The position numbers and the translations under genes are program-made. Source: an uncultured Defluviitaleaceae bacterium (GTDB lineage Bacteria; Bacillota; Clostridia; Lachnospirales; CAYPQA01). From it: a stretch of 64,000 nt of DNA. The stretch spans positions 26-64,025 of the forward strand of contig CAZSXS010000006.1 in NCBI GenBank assembly GCA_964611385.1, given 5' to 3'. Below are positions 27,569 through 36,567 of this stretch, piece after piece. The notes under the pieces were generated by a model that did not search any database, was not told the origin of the DNA, and saw only the letters and a list, made by a program, of their open reading frames with translations. The first letter of the stretch is position 1; the number at the start of each line of letters is the position of its first letter.

Positions 27569-29260
27569 ATGAAAAGGTTTAAAAAAGTGTCTGCAGCCTG
27601 CTTAGCTATTTTGATGATGGTAGGGCTTACGAGCTGCAACGAAACAAAGTCACCATCCGCCTCCAGTACGCCAGCGTCCTCTTCTCCATCTGTTTCTGCT
27701 TCTACTGCGCCCTCCGGCGGTCTTTCACCCAGAGGGGTTCAGCTTGCCGAGCCTGATAAGAAATACAAAATTTCTTACACCGGCATGTGGTCTATTGAGT
27801 ACAAACCGGGTAATCCTTCCGAAAAGCTTGTCAATGAAGCCTTGAATGTTGAGGTGGAATTTAAGAAGGCAGATACCACTGAGGCCTTGAATGTAATGTT
27901 GGCCTCCGGAGAAATGCCAGACTGCGGTTGGATCGGAAAAGACGTCAGCTACATGTATGAGCAGGAGCTTGCACGCACCATCCCTGTGGATCTGGTCAAA
28001 AAATATGCGCCCTCCTACATCAAGAATTACGACCAATACCCCGTTCTCTATGCGGCAACCTTAAACCCCAAAGATAAAAGTGTCTTTAACTATCTGACGG
28101 GTGTAACCTTTCAGTTCGTAGATTACTACCTCCCCAATGATTACTACCGTTACGACTGGATTGAAAACTTGGGCATAAACCTTGGCGTGAAGGTCGAGCA
28201 GGTTCATGAAAACCTTTTTGTCGCAGAAGACGGAATCGCTGTAGATAAATATACAGAGATTATGGAAAAGTTCGTTAAGAATGATCCCAATAAGACCGGC
28301 AAGGCAGACACAGTAGGCATGAACATTCCAAACCTGGCTCAAACCGCGATCATGACCGGCTTCGGCTTCTCAACGGGTGTCAATGAAGTGAATGGCAGAG
28401 GCGAGCAGTTCTATGCAACCCCCGGTTATAAGGAATATTTAAAGTACTTAGCAAAGATGTATAAAGATGGTCTTTTAGACCCACAGGCTTTCCAGAATGT
28501 CCGCAACCTTTCTTGGGAGCGCGTGAACAAAGAGGAAGCTGGATATTGGATTACCTCCACCAACTCCCTGCAAACCTGGGCCATTGAGCGTCCTCCTCTG
28601 ACCCTGCTTCAAAAAGTTCCGGATGTAAAAATCCTTTTGACCCCTGGTCTTAGACCTGAAGGCGGCAAGGTAAGAGCAAGAGTAAACTCTTCTCCAGCTT
28701 ATGGTACCTTCTATATCAACGCCAAGATTAAGGATGAAGGCAAGCTTATCAGAATTCTTGAATTTGCAGAGTATACCCTCTTTGGTAAGGATAGAGCTTC
28801 CTTGTTCTTTGGAGAAGAAGGTATTGACTGGGAATGGGAAAATGGCAAGCCGAAGCAACTCAACGTACTTCCTTCTGGTGAAAAAGGAACTTGGGCCTTT
28901 TCACAGTTCGGACAGGATGCAGAAGTTACAAAGTGGATTTCTTACGAGCCTTTATTCGAGGCAGGCTTGAAATACTGGGCAAAGGAAGCCAATGGATCCT
29001 GGATGTCTATGCAGGAGCCTCCGTATAAGGAAGACATTAAGAGAGAAACCAATTACACCGCTTTAGCCAGCAAGGCCAATGTCGATATCAATCCATATGT
29101 GGAAACGTACCGCTCCGAATGCGTTCTGGGGAATAAGGACGTAGACGCAACTTGGGATGCTTATATCGCTGAATTAAACCGTATGGGCTACAAGGATATG
29201 ATGGATGAACTCAATAAGGTTGCTCCGGTAGTTGAAATTATTAAGGAGTTTTCTAAGTAG
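27569..29260 (+). CDS. Extracellular solute-binding lipoprotein (LplA-like, large family-1 SBP)
   Basis: Signal peptide with lipobox LTSC and a Ser/Pro-rich linker. The length of about 560 aa is typical of the LplA class. Confidence 0.8.
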   Translation: MKRFKKVSAACLAILMMVGLTSCNETKSPSASSTPASSSPSVSASTAPSGGLSPRGVQLAEPDKKYKISYTGMWSIEYKPGNPSEKLVNEALNVEVEFKKADTTEALNVMLASGEMPDCGWIGKDVSYMYEQELARTIPVDLVKKYAPSYIKNYDQYPVLYAATLNPKDKSVFNYLTGVTFQFVDYYLPNDYYRYDWIENLGINLGVKVEQVHENLFVAEDGIAVDKYTEIMEKFVKNDPNKTGKADTVGMNIPNLAQTAIMTGFGFSTGVNEVNGRGEQFYATPGYKEYLKYLAKMYKDGLLDPQAFQNVRNLSWERVNKEEAGYWITSTNSLQTWAIERPPLTLLQKVPDVKILLTPGLRPEGGKVRARVNSSPAYGTFYINAKIKDEGKLIRILEFAEYTLFGKDRASLFFGEEGIDWEWENGKPKQLNVLPSGEKGTWAFSQFGQDAEVTKWISYEPLFEAGLKYWAKEANGSWMSMQEPPYKEDIKRETNYTALASKANVDINPYVETYRSECVLGNKDVDATWDAYIAELNRMGYKDMMDELNKVAPVVEIIKEFSK

Positions 29261-29369
29261 TCTAAATTCCACGCCAATGTATGGTGAATCTAAACTGCCA
29301 AAAGCAGTATGTGTATGGGGAGGTGTCTCGGCACTTCCCCATATTTTTACCAAAATAAAGGAGGTCAAG

Positions 29370-30506
29370 GTGAAAGAACAAAGGGATTCATTACTCTACA
29401 AAAGTCACATCCCCCATGTGAATATTGCAGGACTTGAAGGCTATCATTCTGTTACTGACAGGGAGGAAGGTGTGTATTTGGGGCACCCGGACAGTATCCT
29501 TTTGGATGACGGAACCCTATGCACCTTTTATCCCAAGGGGCACGGAAAAGGAGAAATTCTGTTCAAGACTAGCAATGACGAAGGGAGGAGCTGGTCAAAA
29601 AGACTGCCTCTTCCAGAGAGCTTTAAAACCAGCATGGAAACGCCAACGGTCTACAGGATTGAATCCAAAAATCATCCTCTCAGTGTGCTGCTGGTCAGCG
29701 GAAACCCCTATGGAGAAGGTGGCTTTCGCACGGCTTGGTCCTATGATAACTGCAAAACTTTTACTGAGATGAAAAGCTTTTATGACGATATCGGAACTGT
29801 TTCTATCGTTGCTCATGCAAGCTTGACAAAACTGAAAGACAAGGATGGCAGTGAGCGTTGGATGGGAATATTCCATGATCGGGAATACAATAACTGGAAG
29901 ACCTTTTTGACTTTGGATGCAGATGGAAAGGAAAGCTGGTCAAGGCCGGAAAGGCTGCTTGCGGAACATGATGCCATTGAAAAGGAAGCCCAGCTCTGTG
30001 AAATTGAGATTGTGCGTTCCCCAGACGGACAGGAGCTTGCCCTATTGGCTAGAGCTCAACGAAAAATGCATAACGCAATGATCGCCTTTTCCACCGATGA
30101 AGGGGAAACCTGGAGCTGCCCCAAGGAATTGCCCCGCACGCTGATGGGAGAGCGGCACAAAGCCTGTTATACAAAGGATCAGTCACGCCTGGTAATCACC
30201 TTCAGAGACATTATCCGAAATGTGCATGATGATACAAAATGGCTAGCCGGAAACTTCATTGCTTGGGTGGGCTGCTATGAGGATTTACGAAAAGGAAAAG
30301 AAGGCGATTATACTGTACGGCTTGGAGAAGACTTCAGCTTGAAGCGAGGCGGTGATTGCGGATATGCTGGGTTGGTACTCACCGAAAATGAAACTTTTGT
30401 GGCCACGACCTACGGTCACTGGGACAGGGCAAAGCCAGAAGAGTGTTACGTTCGGACGAGTCGCTTTACCTTAACAGATCTGGACAGAAGGGCCTTTGGG
30501 CTTTAG
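29370..30506 (+). CDS. BNR/Asp-box repeat, sialidase-like protein (no RIP motif seen)
   Basis: A GTG start at 29370 follows AAGGAGG. Asp boxes are SNDEGRSWS and STDEGETWS. Confidence 0.6.
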   Translation: MKEQRDSLLYKSHIPHVNIAGLEGYHSVTDREEGVYLGHPDSILLDDGTLCTFYPKGHGKGEILFKTSNDEGRSWSKRLPLPESFKTSMETPTVYRIESKNHPLSVLLVSGNPYGEGGFRTAWSYDNCKTFTEMKSFYDDIGTVSIVAHASLTKLKDKDGSERWMGIFHDREYNNWKTFLTLDADGKESWSRPERLLAEHDAIEKEAQLCEIEIVRSPDGQELALLARAQRKMHNAMIAFSTDEGETWSCPKELPRTLMGERHKACYTKDQSRLVITFRDIIRNVHDDTKWLAGNFIAWVGCYEDLRKGKEGDYTVRLGEDFSLKRGGDCGYAGLVLTENETFVATTYGHWDRAKPEECYVRTSRFTLTDLDRRAFGL

Positions 30507-30537
30507 TTGAGCCTTGTTTTCTACCTTGGAGGTTAAG

Positions 30538-31581
30538 ATGAAGAACTATATTTATGAGGACGGCGTTTTTTCCTATGAAGGAGCTATCTCTGTGGAGCAA
30601 AACGGCTACAGCCAGCCTTGGCGCATTGATTTTTCAAGATATGAGCTTTTCCCGGTTCTCACAGAAGATGTGGCTAGGTTGCCCGCCGGAGTAAGACTTT
30701 GTTTTCATACGGATGCGGTCAACATCAGCCTGAGACTTCATGACATAGGTGGGAGACCTGAAAAATTACATCAGGGACGCAATCCCTTCCTGGAGGTTTT
30801 TGTAAACGGAGTCAAGCATCAGGATCTCCCCTATGCGCTTGAAGGAGGCTTCTATCCCTTAAATCCCTTACCCGAGGGTGCCAAGGATGTGGTCATCTGG
30901 CTGGACAACTGCTTTCCTTTTCGCTTGGAAGCCCTGGGTATTGATGAGGGCGCAAGCATTCGAAAGCTGAGTGCCTGTGAAAATGGAATCCGGCAAAAAA
31001 GATGGGTTCATTACGGAAGCTCCATCAGCCACTCTGTACAGGCAGAAGGCCCAGCTAGCACTTGGAATGCCCTTGTTGCCCAGAGAGCAAATTTACATTT
31101 GACCAGCCTGGGTTATCGGGGGCAGTGTATGTTGGATCCCATGGTGGGTCTGATGATTGGTGAGTTGGAAGCGGATTTGATTACGCTAAAAATCGGAATC
31201 AACCTACACTTGGGCGCTTTAAGTGACAGAACCTTTGAACCTTGTGTGATTGGTCTTCTGATGAACATTTTGGAAAAGCACCCGAATACGCCGATTTATA
31301 TTATTTCTCCTATATACTGTAAATTCAGGGACATGGAGTACAGCAGAAATGATTGCGGCTACACGCTGCCGGAAATGCGGGCTGTGCTTGAATCTGTGGT
31401 ACATAAGTTTAATCGCTTGGGTTACAGTACTGTTCGTTATCTGGACGGACTGAAGCTGTACACCAAAGAAGACATTGAAAATCACTCCGATGCCCTGCAC
31501 CCGGATGCAGAAGGGCAGTACATTATGGCAAATAATTTTTATCAGCAGGTCATAAAAGAGTTTGAACGAGGTGAAGAATGA
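30538..31581 (+). CDS. SGNH/GDSL-type hydrolase, candidate sialate O-acetylesterase
   Basis: HYGSSISH (block I Ser) and DALHPD (block V Asp-x-x-His), with an N-terminal beta-sandwich-like region. Located inside the sialidase locus. Confidence 0.6.
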   Translation: MKNYIYEDGVFSYEGAISVEQNGYSQPWRIDFSRYELFPVLTEDVARLPAGVRLCFHTDAVNISLRLHDIGGRPEKLHQGRNPFLEVFVNGVKHQDLPYALEGGFYPLNPLPEGAKDVVIWLDNCFPFRLEALGIDEGASIRKLSACENGIRQKRWVHYGSSISHSVQAEGPASTWNALVAQRANLHLTSLGYRGQCMLDPMVGLMIGELEADLITLKIGINLHLGALSDRTFEPCVIGLLMNILEKHPNTPIYIISPIYCKFRDMEYSRNDCGYTLPEMRAVLESVVHKFNRLGYSTVRYLDGLKLYTKEDIENHSDALHPDAEGQYIMANNFYQQVIKEFERGEE

Positions 31582-32999
31582 AAAGTATAGAAAAGCATAT
31601 TTTGTTCGAAAAGGGTATGAATGGGTGTTTTAACTATAGAATCCCTTCCCTATTAACCACGGCCAAGGGCACCTTGATTGCAGCCATTGACGCACGGGTG
31701 GATGCGGACGGGGACAACCCAAACAATATTGACAAGGCCATTCGAAGGAGTTCGGATTGTGGCAAAACCTGGAGTGAGATTGAGGTCATTGTGGATTATC
31801 CCGGGCAGGGGCGCAAGGAAGGCGCCGCAGCTATCGATCCGGCCATGCTTTATGATAGCGATACAGACACCATCTGGATGATCTACTGCCATACACCCGG
31901 AGGCATTGGCCTGTGGAATTCCCATCCAGGTGTGGGCTTTAATGAAAACGGAAACAAGCTGCTCTATGATCCTGATAGAAATGAGTATGAGTTGAGATTT
32001 GAAGAACCTGATACTGGCGAAGCTTCGGGGGGAAGTATAGACACTGCGGCACAAGCGGTTTATAGAAGCAAGGGCCGTGTGTACCGAAATGGAGAGGAAA
32101 CGGACTATATCGTTCTGGAGAATGGCGAGTTGCTTCAGAACGGCAAGTCTGTGGGCAATCTTTTCTTGAACAAAGGCCCGTTGCTTGAGGCCAGAACTTC
32201 TTTTCTCCAAGCGATATGCAGTGAGGACGATGGTCTAAGCTGGAGCAAGCCTATTGATTTGAATGTACAGATCAAGGAAGAGTGGATGCGTTTCATCGGA
32301 GCGGGTCCAGGTGTGGGGATACAGTTGAAAAGCGGCAAGCATAAGGGTAGGCTTGTGTTCCCTATTTACTATTCCAATCATACCAATGCTAGTCATCCCA
32401 TGTTGTCCTGCTGCTTGATTTACAGTGATGACCACGGAAAGACTTGGCAAAGAGGGAAATCTCCCAACGACGGCAGGGTGTTTAAGGGGCAAAGCCTGGA
32501 TTCGAAAAGCCTCAGCCTAGAAGAAGCCCAATTGACGGAGGCACAAGTGGTGGAGCTTTCAAACGGTGCACTTAAGCTCTACATGCGAAATCATGCAACG
32601 GAAAGAAAAGTCGTCTATGCCATAAGTGAGGACGGAGGCGAAAGCTTCGGAGAGGTCTGCTTTGATGAATTTTTGCTGAATCCCATTTGCCAATTTTCGG
32701 TGATTTCTGTTCCCTGCTTGGGTGAATCTCGTGGTGAAGGTGAAGGTCAAGACAGGGTTGAGGGCAATACCTTGCTCTTTTCGGGTCCCCTTGACCAACA
32801 AGCTCGGATCAAGGGCAAAGTCCTTTTAAGTCGGGATGAGGGGAAAAGCTGGACTCCCATCAAAGACCTTACGGACGGAAGCTTTATGTATTCCTGTCTG
32901 AGTGTTCTACCGGACGGAAGTATTGGCGTTTTTTATGAAGCGTATGAGGAAAACACTAAGGACATTCAAAATATTTTTGAAAGCTTTTACCTAACTTGA
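31578..32999 (+). CDS. Exo-alpha-sialidase (GH33)
   Basis: YRIPSL (RIP motif) plus five Asp boxes: SSDCGKTWS, SEDDGLSWS, SDDHGKTWQ, SEDGGESFG and SRDEGKSWT. The ATG overlaps the upstream stop (ATGA). Confidence 0.88.
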   Translation: MKSIEKHILFEKGMNGCFNYRIPSLLTTAKGTLIAAIDARVDADGDNPNNIDKAIRRSSDCGKTWSEIEVIVDYPGQGRKEGAAAIDPAMLYDSDTDTIWMIYCHTPGGIGLWNSHPGVGFNENGNKLLYDPDRNEYELRFEEPDTGEASGGSIDTAAQAVYRSKGRVYRNGEETDYIVLENGELLQNGKSVGNLFLNKGPLLEARTSFLQAICSEDDGLSWSKPIDLNVQIKEEWMRFIGAGPGVGIQLKSGKHKGRLVFPIYYSNHTNASHPMLSCCLIYSDDHGKTWQRGKSPNDGRVFKGQSLDSKSLSLEEAQLTEAQVVELSNGALKLYMRNHATERKVVYAISEDGGESFGEVCFDEFLLNPICQFSVISVPCLGESRGEGEGQDRVEGNTLLFSGPLDQQARIKGKVLLSRDEGKSWTPIKDLTDGSFMYSCLSVLPDGSIGVFYEAYEENTKDIQNIFESFYLT

Positions 33000-33000
33000 C

Positions 33001-33038
33001 TATACTCAGTATAGAAACTGTTTTAGAAACTGAGTCTA
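33001..33038 (+). repeat. Mini hairpin made only of the terminal motif of the dispersed ~100-nt repeat family
   Basis: TATACTCAGT...GTTTTAGAAACTGAGTCTA, which is the left-end motif followed by its inverted copy. It lies between the sialidase stop and the next gene's RBS. Confidence 0.6.
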
Positions 33039-33056
33039 CGAAGCTGGAGGAAACGT

Positions 33057-34061
33057 ATGAACTATTTCAATAGTAAGAACGAGCCCTTTGTCACCACAGG
33101 CTTTCATTGGCTTGCTCAAGAGGGCCTCTATTATCGCCTGCCGAAGGATAAACTCAACAGTTTTAATGAAGGGATTTCTTGGCTTGGAACCAATACATCC
33201 GGGGGGATTCTCCGTTTTAAGACAGATTCAGGCAGCTTGTCCCTCCGCTGTCAACTGGCGAAGGTACATCATATGCCACATATGCCAAGCTCTGGCCATT
33301 CTGGGTTGGATTTTTACCTGGGTTCTGGCTGCAACAAAACCTTTCATGCCATTGCTATGCCGCCGGAAGGTACTGCCTCCTTTGAATCCAGGATCCTGGA
33401 CGGAGCAGAAAGAAAACTACGGGAATGGACAGTTTACTTCCCCCTCTATAATGGGGTGAACGAGGTTGAAATCGGCATCGACGAGGGCGCTGCACTCTTA
33501 GCTCCCAGCCCTTTTACAATCGAAAAGCCCTTTGTTTTTTATGGCTCTTCCATCACGCAAGGCGGTTGTGCTTCCAGAAGCGGAAACTCCTATGTCAATA
33601 TGCTGTCCCGTTGGTTTGATGCACCGGTTTTAAACTTTGGGTTCAGCGGAAGTGCAAAGGGTGAGCCCGAAATGGCAGATATTCTCCGTGAGCTTGACGC
33701 TAGTCTGCTGGTGATTGATTACGACCACAATGCACCCAGCCCGGAACATTTACAGGATACGCACGAGAACTTCTTTAAACGGATTCGGGAGAAAAAGCCT
33801 CTGCTGCCCATTGTTTTGATTTCCTTGCCGAACTTCGAAAAGAATGTAGAGATCAACACAAGAAGGCGTGCCATTATTCATAATACCTATGAGAAGGCCA
33901 TTGCCGATAATGATAAAAATGTATACTTTATTGATGGCGAGAGTTTATTCGGTTCCCATAGCCGAGAGCTGTGTACGGTAGATACCGTTCACCCCAACGA
34001 TTTGGGCTTCTACCGTATGGCAAGACGTATTTCCAGCACGATAAGACAGATTATTAATTAA
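33057..34061 (+). CDS. SGNH/GDSL-type hydrolase, second candidate sialate O-acetylesterase
   Basis: FYGSSITQGG (block I), GFSGSA and VHPNDLG (block V). Confidence 0.6.
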   Translation: MNYFNSKNEPFVTTGFHWLAQEGLYYRLPKDKLNSFNEGISWLGTNTSGGILRFKTDSGSLSLRCQLAKVHHMPHMPSSGHSGLDFYLGSGCNKTFHAIAMPPEGTASFESRILDGAERKLREWTVYFPLYNGVNEVEIGIDEGAALLAPSPFTIEKPFVFYGSSITQGGCASRSGNSYVNMLSRWFDAPVLNFGFSGSAKGEPEMADILRELDASLLVIDYDHNAPSPEHLQDTHENFFKRIREKKPLLPIVLISLPNFEKNVEINTRRRAIIHNTYEKAIADNDKNVYFIDGESLFGSHSRELCTVDTVHPNDLGFYRMARRISSTIRQIIN

Positions 34062-34077
34062 ATAAGGAGGAAAGCAT

Positions 34078-34995
34078 TTGTTTGATTTAAATATGTTTAA
34101 GGGTGTTTTCATTGCCTTTTATGCACCTTATACGGATAAAGGCGACATCAGCATTGAAAAGGCTATTGAGGAGGCCAGATTTTTTAAGAACTGTGGTGTA
34201 AAGGGTTTATATGTCAATGGTAGCTCAGGAGAGGGATTTTTACTCTCAGTCGAGGAACGAAAAAGCATTCAGGAGGCTGTGATTCGAGAATTCAAAGACG
34301 ACATGACCATCATTGTCCATGTAGGTGCAGCCTCTACACGGGAGAGCATCGCTCTGGCAAAGCACGCAGAGCACTGTGGGGCTCATGCATTGTCTGCTGT
34401 TCCAAGCGTTTATTACCGGCTTTCTGAGGACTCCATCCATGCGCACTGGACTTCCATCATCGACGAAACCCCCTTGCCCTTCATTATCTACAATATCCCC
34501 CAGCTGACCGGCTATGATCTTTCCCTGAATCTGCTGAAACGTATGATTCAAAACCCCAAGGTGATCGGTGTCAAAAACTCCTCCATGAGTTGCTACCAGA
34601 CGCAGCAGTTCAAGCGTGCGGGGGGCGAAAACTTCATTGTATTCAACGGCCCGGATGAGCAGTACCTTTCGGGACGCATGGCGGGCGCAGAAGCCGGGAT
34701 CGGCGGTACTTACGGAGCAATGCCAGAGCTGTTCCTAGCGCTGGAAAAAAGCTACATCGAAGGCCAGCTTGAAAGAGCTCAAAAAATCCAAAGCTTTATT
34801 AACGAGTGCATCGAAGCCTTCGCAGCCACCAGAAATATCTATGCCGGTGCAAAGGAAATATTAAGACTGCGGGGCCTGGACATTGGTTCCGTGCGCCTGC
34901 CCTTCCTGCCCTTAAGCGAACAGGATAAGATTGAAATGAAAAAGCGCTATGAGCTGATTGAAGCTTTTAAGGCGGAGTGGGACATCCACAAGTGA
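34078..34995 (+). CDS. nanA: N-acetylneuraminate lyase-like, DHDPS-family aldolase
   Basis: DHDPS/NAL family pattern (GLYVNGSSGE, YNIPQLTG, GVKNSS) within a sialidase operon. The TTG start is 6-7 nt after AAGGAGGA. Confidence 0.75.
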   Translation: MFDLNMFKGVFIAFYAPYTDKGDISIEKAIEEARFFKNCGVKGLYVNGSSGEGFLLSVEERKSIQEAVIREFKDDMTIIVHVGAASTRESIALAKHAEHCGAHALSAVPSVYYRLSEDSIHAHWTSIIDETPLPFIIYNIPQLTGYDLSLNLLKRMIQNPKVIGVKNSSMSCYQTQQFKRAGGENFIVFNGPDEQYLSGRMAGAEAGIGGTYGAMPELFLALEKSYIEGQLERAQKIQSFINECIEAFAATRNIYAGAKEILRLRGLDIGSVRLPFLPLSEQDKIEMKKRYELIEAFKAEWDIHK

Positions 34996-35096
34996 GCATT
35001 AAAGATTTTGAGCCTATTTTGTCATTATCTATTGTGTCATTATTCTTGATTCGTTTCGTTAAGTATCGCTGCCACACATATTAATTGCATAATATT

Positions 35097-35150
35097 AAAA
35101 GGCCAACAAGCAGCCCTCTCAGGCTGTTGTTGGCCTTTTTCTTTTGATAC
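35097..35150. terminator. Bidirectional terminator between nanA and thpR
   Basis: AAAAGGCCAACAAGCAGCC...GGCTGTTGTTGGCCTTTTT. Confidence 0.75.
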
Positions 35151-35181
35151 TGTTTGCCGCATTGTTACAAGTTCCTCATCA

Positions 35182-35706
35182 TTAAACGAGCCTCTTAGCA
35201 TAAATTTCAGTATACACAAGCTTTCCGCCAAGCCGTTCTGATTTCATAAGACTAACTTTGCTTACCAGCGTGCTTTGATCCTGCACAGAGACTGACTTTA
35301 AATCATCCGTCAACCGCAGCTCTCTCGCCAGGGTCAAGTGAGGCGTATAAGCACGGCTTTCTAGGCTAAAGCCGCGGTTCTTCAGCGATAGACGGAGCTG
35401 ATCATATATGTCGCTAAGGCTGTCATTAGGCTTAACGCCAACCCAAAGCAGGTCACCGCTCTCCTGCTTGAAGCGTCCGACACCGCTCAATGTCAAAGCG
35501 AAAGCCGAGGCTTTGATTTCGTCCATCGCTTGCTCAATTTGCTTGACATTCATGGGCGAAACCTCACCAAGGAAAACAAGCGTTAAGTGTAAATTCTCCT
35601 CTCTGGAGAAGTTACCACCCGTGCTGATGTTTTTCACCCTAGCCTGCACGGACTTCAAGTATTCCTTTATCGCATCCTCAAAATTGATGGCAATAAAAAG
35701 CCGCAT
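35182..35706 (-). CDS. thpR: RNA 2',3'-cyclic phosphodiesterase (2H family, ThpR/LigT-like)
   Basis: Two H-x-T-x motifs (HLTLVFLGE and HLTLAR). The ATG at 35706 (MRLFIAINF) follows GGAGG. Confidence 0.85.
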   Translation of the reverse strand: MRLFIAINFEDAIKEYLKSVQARVKNISTGGNFSREENLHLTLVFLGEVSPMNVKQIEQAMDEIKASAFALTLSGVGRFKQESGDLLWVGVKPNDSLSDIYDQLRLSLKNRGFSLESRAYTPHLTLARELRLTDDLKSVSVQDQSTLVSKVSLMKSERLGGKLVYTEIYAKRLV

Positions 35707-35708
35707 GT

Positions 35709-36011
35709 CTACCTCCAAAATACGCAGAGCCACACGCAGGGCGGCTCTGCACTTGTATAGCTTACCCTGTGCCGCTTGTGCGGTTCTATGCTCAGCGTGT
35801 CACCGGCAGCAAGCTCTATGCTTTCACCATTGTCAAATTCTAGTGTTGCTTTTCCTTGCAGAAGTACTACAAATTCGTTCTCATCTTGGTCATACCAGCC
35901 TGAGCTTTGGCCTGTGCTGATGATGCGCTCAATACGAATGTTCTCGCTTTCAGCCAAAATTGTGGTGAGTTCTTCCGAAAGGGGCAAATCGGGTAAGTCA
36001 AAAAGGTTCAT
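35709..36011 (-). CDS. Cupin domain protein
   Basis: A 100-aa protein with a cupin_2-like beta-barrel pattern (G...E...G....P....H). The start overlaps the dtd stop (ATGA). Confidence 0.65.
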   Translation of the reverse strand: MNLFDLPDLPLSEELTTILAESENIRIERIISTGQSSGWYDQDENEFVVLLQGKATLEFDNGESIELAAGDTLSIEPHKRHRVSYTSAEPPCVWLCVFWR

Positions 36012-36451
36012 CGATCATTCTCCAAAATCACAGTAAAGGGCCCATCATTGATCAGTTCCACCTTCATATCTGCACCAAATATCCCATGAGCAACCTTTCG
36101 AAATTTTCCCTCGCAGCAGTTTATAAAGTACTCATACAATTCCTCTGCCAGTGCCGGGCTTCCAGCTTTGACAAAGCTGGGGCGGTTTCCTTTTCGACAG
36201 TCGGCATAGAGGGTAAATTGGGAGATGATCAAAATCTCCCCATCGATATCCTGGATGGACAGGTTTGTTTTATCGTTTTCATATGGGAAAATCCGCAGCT
36301 TGCTTAGCTTGTCCGCTAGTTTATCGGCCTGCTCCTGGGTATCCGTGTCGGACACCCCAAGCAATGCCAGATAGCCCCTGCCTATGCTTCCCACCACGCT
36401 TCCATCTACTGTAACAGAAGCGCTGTTGACGCGCTGTAATACGATTCTCAT
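36008..36451 (-). CDS. dtd: D-aminoacyl-tRNA deacylase
   Basis: MRIVLQRV...SQFTLYAD...GNRPSF...GADMKV.L.NDGPFT, canonical for Dtd. The ATG at 36451 follows AGGAGG. Confidence 0.9.
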   Translation of the reverse strand: MRIVLQRVNSASVTVDGSVVGSIGRGYLALLGVSDTDTQEQADKLADKLSKLRIFPYENDKTNLSIQDIDGEILIISQFTLYADCRKGNRPSFVKAGSPALAEELYEYFINCCEGKFRKVAHGIFGADMKVELINDGPFTVILENDR

Positions 36452-36567
36452 ATGATTCCTCCTTTTGGCCAAGGCCGGATTTTTATTCGATTAGAGTTGA
36501 TTTATAAAGGATCTTTCAAAATTTTCATGGGATTTATATCGTCCCCCCACGGTTTTAGAAAGACCCA

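Noticed and set aside
29316-29348. Weak hairpin plus T-run after the SBP gene
   Set aside because: It has only a 7-bp stem with a bulge. It may be an intra-operon attenuator but is too weak to call as a terminator.
35040-35231. 63-aa minus-strand ORF overlapping the thpR 3' end and the terminator
   Set aside because: It runs through a strong bidirectional terminator, has no RBS and overlaps the thpR coding end.
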